DNA of 54,933 nucleotides from sequence record SRR22947725_4822; one strand, 5' to 3'. The notes below the pieces were generated by a model. It had not been told where the DNA came from and did no database searches. It was given only the letters and a program-made list of their open reading frames with translations. Both the position numbers and the translations under genes were made by a program. This document shows, one piece after another, positions 47,704 to 54,933 of this stretch. The stretch's first letter is position 1. The number at the start of each line of letters is the position of its first letter.

Positions 47704-48630
47704 CTAAGATCGTAAATCACAATTGGGCCATGTGTCAGCTACTATGATGCATCTCCATTTCTCGCAATAACCCTTGTCCGTCGATTGCTGTAAACTAAGC
47801 ATCAAAGCTGCTCTAGAACAACTAAAATGAGCTTTTAACGCATTCGTTGCCTCAGTCAAAGTTAGTTCCCTGCTGGTGAGTCCAGGATTGGAAACCCCAC
47901 TTATCCAGAATGGTTTTGGCAAGTTTATTACCCGTTCGACTCCTGATGACAAGTCACAAAAGCCAGCCCATTCCGAGGCTTTCATCCAAAGGCCTCGGAT
48001 GTGCTTTGGGTTTGCCTTGGCTGGACGTTGCGAGTTATGTCGGTCGGCTAGGTGATAAAAAAGTATACCGCGCGCAATAGGCAAGGCGTGATCAGGCTGT
48101 CCCAACTCAGGAACCCAAAGGTTTAATTGACGTTCTGTCAAGTGGGCGTATTTGCGTTCAAACGAATCTCTGGGGTCAGGTCCTATGAAAGAACTTCCGT
48201 CGGTAGAATTGGAGTTTGGGTAATGCAGATAAAACTTGATAGTGCTTTCCAGTCGCCAACGAATGCCTTGAGGATCTCGAACACTAAAGTCAATTTCCCC
48301 CACGGTGCGCCCGTTATCAAAAACTTGAAGGTGGTGAGCCTCCAGTTCGAGGTGTAATCCTTGAATGAGCCAAGGGGACAGCAAGGATTCAAAATATAGA
48401 CCTACACGTCTACTGGGAGGTGTTTTTAAATGAGAAGTCAATGAGGTGATGGGAACACTGTTTACCTTGCCATGAATACTAGCCAATTCGCCGAGGCCAT
48501 CGGGGCCTTCAAATAAGGGAGCAGAATCAAGAATCCATTTCAAATCAGCATGGGCCTGATGTTGCCATAGAGAGGGCAGTGTTTGAGGTTCTACTGGAGG
48601 AGCAGACAAGGATGTGGTGCTTAAAGTCAT
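47704..48630 (-). CDS. DUF1853 family protein
   Basis: RRVGLYFESL, HLQV..GRTVGEIDF, ESTIKFYL, FIGPDPRD. Confidence 0.85.
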   Translation of the reverse strand: MTLSTTSLSAPPVEPQTLPSLWQHQAHADLKWILDSAPLFEGPDGLGELASIHGKVNSVPITSLTSHLKTPPSRRVGLYFESLLSPWLIQGLHLELEAHHLQVFDNGRTVGEIDFSVRDPQGIRWRLESTIKFYLHYPNSNSTDGSSFIGPDPRDSFERKYAHLTERQLNLWVPELGQPDHALPIARGILFYHLADRHNSQRPAKANPKHIRGLWMKASEWAGFCDLSSGVERVINLPKPFWISGVSNPGLTSRELTLTEATNALKAHFSCSRAALMLSLQQSTDKGYCEKWRCIIVADTWPNCDLRS

Positions 48631-49530
48631 TTGAGGGACATGGAAATATACACCGAGGGCAAAAAGTCATCGGTAATCGTCCGAACGGGTAGAGTTGCTT
48701 TTAATCCCAGCAACTGCATGGAATGGATATGAGCCAATGGATTCGGTTGTTTGGGTCTTTTTAAAGAAATGTTCTTACTTAACTGGGGTGGACGTTTTTT
48801 TAAAATTTGTTCATTTGGTTTAGAACCTGGTTCGATTCTCAATCGTGACTTCAGGCGATTGCCTTGTTTGATTAAAAATTGATTGTGTGGTCTCCTATGG
48901 TGGTTTCAAGGTTAATAATGTCAGGTATTCGAGCATTCATAAAAATGAAACATATTGAATCCCTTTTGCTGCCAACCAATGCTTTTAACCCTTTTTATGG
49001 AAGTTTTGTTAAGCAACAAAAACTGAAAAGGAGCCGCTTTCCCTTTGGGTTTTACAACTCAACTCGAATCTTTTGATCCATCCGCCATGTAAAAATCCTC
49101 ACCATGCTTGTAGCAAGACCGGATTATCGCTCTTGGATTATCGGAGCTCTGCCGTTTAATTCTCTTAGTCTTAATGGGAAGGTTTTCAGGTCAATAGTTC
49201 GGCAAATTAAAAAATGTAATTTAATTCCCTCCAAAAAATTTGCGAACCAAACGGGAAGTATCCGGTGCATTGAAATGCTATCTAAAAAGCATTCCATAAG
49301 AAGCTTAGCAATGGAAGCAATCCGTGTCTTGGCGATGCATAAACATCTGGAAAACGGGTGATGGAAACATTCAATTCTCTATATTTTTCAGGGATAGAAT
49401 GAGCGTATATTTTTCTCGCTGTTTTTCCAAGATCAAGCCTTGAATCCGTTTATGGATTGGGCTCGAAATTCTTTCTGACACAATTTTTCGGATTATCGAC
49501 CTTCAGTAAAACTTTTAAGGAAAGTATCTC

Positions 49531-49558
49531 TTGACGGTCGTATACCAGCCTTTAATCT
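49531..49558 (+). promoter_or_regulatory. Putative sigma70-type promoter of the csp gene
   Basis: TTGACG-N16-TAATCT, ~140 nt upstream of ATG 49698. Confidence 0.45.
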
Positions 49559-49697
49559 TCGTTGAATCCTGATCATGGAATTGTCAATTTCCACGTGACG
49601 TATCAAGGCGCCGTGCGAAGAGATACCATTTCTTCAAATTCAGGTAAGCAGTATTTAACATTCGATTTATAATTTTAAGTAGTAGGAGATTTTTCAT

Positions 49698-49910
49698 ATG
49701 GCGAGCGGTCGTGTTAAGTGGTTTGATAATAAAAAAGGATTTGGATTCATCGTGCAGGACGCATCAGGTGAAGACATTTTTGTTCATCATAGCGCTATCA
49801 GTGGAGACGGTTTCAAGACTCTCAACGAGGGTGAAGTTGTCAACTTTGAGCTTATTCAGGGCGACAAAGGACTGAAGGCTCAAAATGTGCAGCGTGGTTT
49901 GATGATGTAA
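49698..49910 (+). CDS. Cold-shock domain protein (CspA family)
   Basis: [15 protein letters not shown] (RNP1), DIFVH (RNP2); RBS AGGAG. Confidence 0.96.
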   Translation: MASGRVKWFDNKKGFGFIVQDASGEDIFVHHSAISGDGFKTLNEGEVVNFELIQGDKGLKAQNVQRGLMM

Positions 49911-49950
49911 TCAAGACCTCTACCAGGCCCTCTCTTCAACGTAATTCTGC

Positions 49951-51135
49951 ATGAACATCCACGACAGGGATACAGTTCCTGTTCTATCCCTATATGTCCA
50001 TGTGCCTTTCTGCTCGCACAAGTGCGATTATTGCGCTTTTTACTCGGAACTACTCAACTCAAAGGCAGTAGATCGTTACACTAATTCCCTTTGTGAGGAG
50101 TTGAATATGATTGCGGGTCTAGTCAACCCTACGACAGTTTTTTTCGGTGGAGGCACTCCTTCTTTACTTTCCCTCAAGCAGTTAGAAAAAATCCTGGGCA
50201 CGTTCCAAAGTCAAAGCTGGGGTCCTGTTGGCGAGTGGACAGTGGAGTGCAATCCTGCGACCGTTTCCAAAGATAAAGCAGAGCTCCTGAAGCAGGCAGG
50301 CGTCAACAGAATTTCCATGGGGGTTCAATCGCTTGATCCTGATTTATTAGATCGACTTGGCCGAATTCACAGTCGGGAACAAGTCTTTCGCTCGTTCGAT
50401 ATCTTGCGCTCCGCCGGATTTGAAAACATCAATCTTGATTTGATGTTTGGTATCCCTACTCAAACGATGGCCCAATGGCAAAGCACGCTTGATGAGATCA
50501 CGGAAATGAAAAGTGACCATATATCATGCTACGAGGTGATATACGAAGAAGATACCGCACTCTACCGGCAACTGAAAGCAGGCGAATTCGATATCGACGA
50601 GGAACTTGCCGCAGAGATGTACGAAGCGTTGATATTGCAAACGGAGAGTAGTGGCTTTCGGCAATATGAAATCGCCAATTTTGCTCGGTCTCAACCTGGC
50701 GATTCTTCCAGCCGCTATCCAGCCTTTGCTTCTTTGCATAATCTTAATTATTGGGAAGGTGGAGATTTTTATGGTGTGGGACCAGCTGCAACGGAATGGG
50801 TCAGTGGAATACGCCGCAAGCATTGGTCAAATACACAACTTTATTGTGATCAAATTGAAAAAGGCGCCCGAGGTATTGAATTTGAGGAAACATTGAGCAC
50901 GGAAGCCAGAATGGGGGAATCTGCAGCGTTTTCATTGAGAATGAACGCTGGTATTGATTTGAATTCATTCGAAAAAAGATTCGGAGTCAGGGCTGAAAAA
51001 CATTGGAAAGAGGCTATGGAAAAAGCTCAAAGTATGAACCTTGCCGAATTAACCAACGAATCCTTTCGATTAACAAAAAAGGGACTTCGTTTTGCAGATG
51101 CAGTCGGTTCCGATTTTGTTCACATTGCCCCATGA
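49951..51135 (+). CDS. hemW: Radical SAM heme chaperone HemW (HemN-like)
   Basis: LYVHVPFCSHKCDYC, FFGGGTPS, ECNP, RISMGVQ, YEIANF, HNLNYW. Confidence 0.92.
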   Translation: MNIHDRDTVPVLSLYVHVPFCSHKCDYCAFYSELLNSKAVDRYTNSLCEELNMIAGLVNPTTVFFGGGTPSLLSLKQLEKILGTFQSQSWGPVGEWTVECNPATVSKDKAELLKQAGVNRISMGVQSLDPDLLDRLGRIHSREQVFRSFDILRSAGFENINLDLMFGIPTQTMAQWQSTLDEITEMKSDHISCYEVIYEEDTALYRQLKAGEFDIDEELAAEMYEALILQTESSGFRQYEIANFARSQPGDSSSRYPAFASLHNLNYWEGGDFYGVGPAATEWVSGIRRKHWSNTQLYCDQIEKGARGIEFEETLSTEARMGESAAFSLRMNAGIDLNSFEKRFGVRAEKHWKEAMEKAQSMNLAELTNESFRLTKKGLRFADAVGSDFVHIAP

Positions 51136-51232
51136 TTATGGCATGGGTTTTGTTAGATAAGGAAATTATAAGCGTTATCAGGGCTCAGGTTGAGACACTG
51201 AGACCTCAAATCCCTTATTGTTTGTCACAGTA

Positions 51233-51247
51233 GAGTCATAATGACTC
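51233..51247. promoter_or_regulatory. Candidate operator (7-1-7 perfect palindrome)
   Basis: GAGTCAT-A-ATGACTC, 122 nt upstream of the ABC operon. Confidence 0.3.
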
Positions 51248-51369
51248 ACATAATGCGCTGTGGATTGATATTGATTGGTGGATTTTTGAAACATTGCATA
51301 AATGTAACTTGATTTGAAGTCTCAATTACGTCAGATAATTAGCATTCATTCTCATTTGAGGAAATAGGT

Positions 51370-52335
51370 ATGATTAAAGTAGACAGTCTAGTAAAGACCT
51401 TTGGTCCAAAAGTCGCGGTGAACCGCATATCGTTCGAAGTCGAACGAGGCGAAGTGCTGGGTTTCCTGGGGCCCAATGGGGCAGGAAAATCCACCACCAT
51501 GCGGATGATCACTGGTTTTATCCCTCCCACAGACGGCATGATTACCGTTGGTGGGCACAGCATCGTTGAAAATCCTATTCCAGCGAAACGTCTCATTGGA
51601 TACCTGCCGGAAAACGCTCCAGCATACCCAGACATGACAGTGAAAGGATTCTTGAGTTTTACTGCCGAAATTCGGGGTTTGCGCGGATCCGAAAGGAATA
51701 AGGCCATCGATAGGGTAGTTGAACTCTGCTTTCTTGAATCAGTCATTCACCAAAGTGTTGATACTCTATCGAAGGGTTATCGGCACAGGACTTGTTTTGC
51801 TCAGTCGATCATTCATGATCCGGATATTTTAATACTCGACGAACCAACAGACGGACTTGATCCCAATCAGAAGCACGAAGTTCGGAGCATCATCAAGCGC
51901 ATGGGAGAGAAAAAGGCCATTATCTTTTCGACGCACATTCTTGAGGAAGTAGAAGCGGTCTGTTCAAGAGCCATCATCATCGATAGAGGAAAGATCGTGG
52001 CTAATGGAACACCTGCAGATCTGAAAGCCAGATCGCATTCAGCCGGAACTGTTCGCCTGAAACTTGCCGGGTTATCAGGTTCTGTGGCGCGTGAAAAACT
52101 ATCCGGCCTGCCTGCTGTTAAAAGCGTGACCTTGATCAATGATGATGCGACTGCCGCTTTGCTTGAGATTAAAGGCAAAGCAAAGGTCAACGGAGAGCTT
52201 AATTCTCACATCGCCGATTTAGCGCATCAAGAGCAATGGCGTATTATTGAGCTTTACACACAAAAGGGGAAACTTGATGAGGTTTTCCGCAACATCACAT
52301 TACCTGACATCAGCAAAGGAGGAAAACAATCATGA
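51370..52335 (+). CDS. ABC transporter ATP-binding protein (GldA-like)
   Basis: Walker A GPNGAGKS, signature LSKGY, Walker B ILDEP, STH. Confidence 0.93.
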   Translation: MIKVDSLVKTFGPKVAVNRISFEVERGEVLGFLGPNGAGKSTTMRMITGFIPPTDGMITVGGHSIVENPIPAKRLIGYLPENAPAYPDMTVKGFLSFTAEIRGLRGSERNKAIDRVVELCFLESVIHQSVDTLSKGYRHRTCFAQSIIHDPDILILDEPTDGLDPNQKHEVRSIIKRMGEKKAIIFSTHILEEVEAVCSRAIIIDRGKIVANGTPADLKARSHSAGTVRLKLAGLSGSVAREKLSGLPAVKSVTLINDDATAALLEIKGKAKVNGELNSHIADLAHQEQWRIIELYTQKGKLDEVFRNITLPDISKGGKQS

Positions 52336-53084
52336 ACAATGCATGGTCTAATATTCAATCAGTATGCAAACGCGAGTTAACTGGTTATTTCGCATCACCA
52401 GTGGCTTACGTGTTTATCGTTATCTTCCTCACGCTGATAGGCTTTTTTACATTCAGCGCCCAATTGGGACAGTTCTTTGAGCGTCAGGAAGCATCTCTAT
52501 CCGCTTTCTTCACATGGCATCCGTGGATTTATCTTTTCCTGGTGCCGGCTGTAGGTATGAGACTTTGGTCCGAGGAGAGGCGTCAAGGGACCTTGGAACT
52601 GCTCCTCACCATGCCGGTGACACCCTGGCAGACTATCCTTGGTAAGTTTCTGGCTTCATGGTTATTTCTCATCATAGCTCTTGTGCTGACTTTTCCGATA
52701 GTTTTCACGGTAAAATATCTAGGATCTCCCGACATCGGACCCATCCTTTGTGGATACGTGGGCAGTATGTTTCTTGCCGGAGGTTACCTTGCTGTAAGCA
52801 GCATGACATCAGCAATAACTCGTAATCAGGTCATTAGTTTTATTCTCTCGGTGGTCATCTGTCTGTTTTTGATCCTCGCAGGTTACCCACCTGTGACAGA
52901 CATGTTGATTCAATGGGCCCCAAGTTGGCTGGTGGATACGATTTCAGCATTCAGTGTCATGACCCACTTTTTTAGTTTTCAAAGAGGAGTATTGGATTCC
53001 AGAGACGTTGTCTTCTTTCTGTCTCTGATTGGATTCTGCCTCTTCACAACAAGTGTTATTTTGCGCAATCTGCGAACCAATTAA
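52332..53084 (+). CDS. ABC-2 type permease (GldF-like)
   Basis: RELTGYFASPVAY, MRLWSEERRQGTLELLLT, TRNQV, RGVLDSRD. Confidence 0.92.
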   Translation: MNNAWSNIQSVCKRELTGYFASPVAYVFIVIFLTLIGFFTFSAQLGQFFERQEASLSAFFTWHPWIYLFLVPAVGMRLWSEERRQGTLELLLTMPVTPWQTILGKFLASWLFLIIALVLTFPIVFTVKYLGSPDIGPILCGYVGSMFLAGGYLAVSSMTSAITRNQVISFILSVVICLFLILAGYPPVTDMLIQWAPSWLVDTISAFSVMTHFFSFQRGVLDSRDVVFFLSLIGFCLFTTSVILRNLRTN

Positions 53085-53103
53085 TTGAAAGGAACCTTCG
53101 ATT

Positions 53104-54933
53104 ATGAACAAAAAGCAAACCGACCTATTTCTATACTCCTCATTGGGAGTGGTCATCATGTTAGTGATGGTTGTATTGGTGAATGTTATTGCAGGTCATT
53201 TAAAAACCCGCATCGACCTGACATCAGAAAAACTTTACACTCTCTCTGAAGGCACCAAGCAAATCCTGGGTGAGCTGGATACCGATGTTGAAATTCGGTT
53301 CTATGCAACCAGAGATGAAAAGGTAATGCCGCCAAACTTCAAGAATTACATTAGTCACATAGAAGATATTCTTGATGAATATTCCCAATATTCTGGGGGG
53401 CATTTGAAAATTACAAAATACAATCCTGAACCCGATTCAGATGCTGCCGACTTGGCAACGAGTGACGGTGTCACTGGTCAGGCTTTATCGTTTGATGACA
53501 GGATCTATCTTGGATTAGCTATCAGCATGCTGGATAAAACGGTTTCGTTACCGTTCTTAGACCCCAATCGCGAAAAATTACTGGAATATGACCTCACTCG
53601 AGCCATCACACAGGTGACTGTGGACGACAAGCCAATTGTTGGTGTCATGAGTGCCTTGCCTGTCTTTGGGCAACAGCCAAATCCAATGATGGCTCAGATG
53701 GGGCAAGCGCCTCCTCAACAACCGGCCTGGTTCCTGATTGATCAACTTCAGCAGGACTTTGAAGTGCGTGAGGTGCCATTGACCGCAGAAAGTATTGCTG
53801 CTGATTTGGATTTGCTAGTCGTCATTCATCCAAAAGACATCACCGGCTCAACTCAGTATGCGATAGATCAGTATCTTCTGGCTGGTGGTAAACTCATCGC
53901 CTTTTTGGACGCCATGGCTATCGTAGATCAAACCCCGAGTCCAAATGGAAATAATATGCTTGGGCCTCCACCTTCAACTTCCAGCCTGCCTGAACTATTA
54001 TCCGCATGGGGTATCGAGTTTGAGGGTTCGAAAATTGCTGCAGACAGGCTTTTTGCCAGAGAAATCTCCTTCCAAAGAGATGCACCACCACAAATACAGC
54101 CCGGCATTCTCTTCTTGGATCCGAAAGGGATTAACGCTGACGATGTTATCACCAGTCAGATTGATCAACTTCTGATCCCTTTCGCCGGTGTTTTCAAAGG
54201 CGAACCAGCGGAGGGCCTGGAGCAGACAGTCTTGCTTCATACTTCCGAAGAATCACAGCTCGTTGATGCTTTCATGGCTCGGCTCTCAGGAGAAAACATC
54301 ATGAAAGAATTCAAATCTGATGAAAAGAAATACTCGCTCGCCATTCGTCTCAACGGAAAATTCAAAACGGCTTTTCCTGATGGAAAGCCTGGCTCTGGCG
54401 AAGAGCCTGAAGAAGACGATTTGGACAATGATGATAAGGAGACGGAGCCTGAAGCTCCTTCCTTGAAGGAGTCTGAAGAAGGTGCTTCAGTGGTGCTCTT
54501 CGCAGATGCCGACTTCATCTATGACAACTTTTCCGTTCAACAGCAAAACTTTTTGGGATCTCGAATGGTCCAGTTACTGAATGGGAACCTTCCTATGGCA
54601 CAAAACGTTGTCGAACAAATGGCGGGTGACAGTCGTCTGATTTCAGTAAGAAGCCGGGCAACCATGAATCGCCCATTCACAAAAATACGTGACATGGAGG
54701 TCGAAGCAGCCAAAGCCTACCAAGCGCGTATCAATGAGCTTGAGGAGAAGAAACGAGAAGCGGAACAGAAGATCAATGATATTCAACGCACTCGACAAGA
54801 CGCAGGTCAAGGACAACGGTTTGTTTTAACTCCTGAGCAGAAAAATGAGCTAGAGAGCCTGCGTGAAAACAACAAAAAGGTAAGTGAAGATCTGAAGGAT
54901 ATGAGACGCAATCTCCGAAAGGATATTGATTCA
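53104..54933 (+). CDS. GldG-like ABC auxiliary protein (partial, runs off right edge; absent from ORF track)
   Basis: ATG 53104 MNKKQTDLFLYSSLGV.., RIDLTSEKLYTLSEGTKQIL, LEYDLTRAI, IDQYLLAGGK, ADADF, coiled-coil C-terminal part. Confidence 0.9.
   Translation, partial: MNKKQTDLFLYSSLGVVIMLVMVVLVNVIAGHLKTRIDLTSEKLYTLSEGTKQILGELDTDVEIRFYATRDEKVMPPNFKNYISHIEDILDEYSQYSGGHLKITKYNPEPDSDAADLATSDGVTGQALSFDDRIYLGLAISMLDKTVSLPFLDPNREKLLEYDLTRAITQVTVDDKPIVGVMSALPVFGQQPNPMMAQMGQAPPQQPAWFLIDQLQQDFEVREVPLTAESIAADLDLLVVIHPKDITGSTQYAIDQYLLAGGKLIAFLDAMAIVDQTPSPNGNNMLGPPPSTSSLPELLSAWGIEFEGSKIAADRLFAREISFQRDAPPQIQPGILFLDPKGINADDVITSQIDQLLIPFAGVFKGEPAEGLEQTVLLHTSEESQLVDAFMARLSGENIMKEFKSDEKKYSLAIRLNGKFKTAFPDGKPGSGEEPEEDDLDNDDKETEPEAPSLKESEEGASVVLFADADFIYDNFSVQQQNFLGSRMVQLLNGNLPMAQNVVEQMAGDSRLISVRSRATMNRPFTKIRDMEVEAAKAYQARINELEEKKREAEQKINDIQRTRQDAGQGQRFVLTPEQKNELESLRENNKKVSEDLKDMRRNLRKDIDS

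Noticed and set aside
22642-48630. Intact prophage, ICE or defence island
   Set aside because: No integrase, phage structural, conjugation or recognisable defence genes, and no long tRNA 3' duplication found by eye

Overview
Bacterial chromosomal window, most consistent with a Verrucomicrobiota/PVC genome, probably Pedosphaerales/Limisphaerales-like. This is inferred from gene content: an H-X9-DG prepilin-like protein, a lamin-tail/CotH protein, DUF1573, FG-GAP/ASPIC-UnbV, a PQQ propeller and sulfatases. The left ~22 kb is mostly core or metabolic: a MoxR-DUF58-BatABCD operon, GT9, miaB, a sulfotransferase-SDR pair facing an MMPL transporter, an aldolase/RraA/lactonase cluster, hsp20-degP, riboflavin synthase and tRNA-Ser(GCT). 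Directly after the tRNA is a ~2 kb zone of decayed DNA missed by the ORF track. It holds a frameshifted IS3-family orfA, a truncated secreted-protein 5' end, another stop-interrupted frame and a DUF2835 gene. From ~24.6 to 41 kb lies a block of almost entirely exported, uncharacterised proteins: an H-X9-DG pseudopilin, a CotH kinase fused to a lectin-like propeller, a Cys-motif propeller, a ~1325-aa surface protein with four 143-aa discoidin-like repeats (vicinal Cys-Cys, synonymous sites near saturation), a DUF1573-diheme cytochrome c fusion, a double FG-GAP/ASPIC protein and a PQQ propeller. This block is my best candidate for an undescribed extracellular system. The right end has a POT transporter, two domain-extended sulfatases, DUF1853, csp-hemW and a GldAFG-like ABC operon cut off by the window edge. 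All family calls come from motif recognition by eye; no searches were run.
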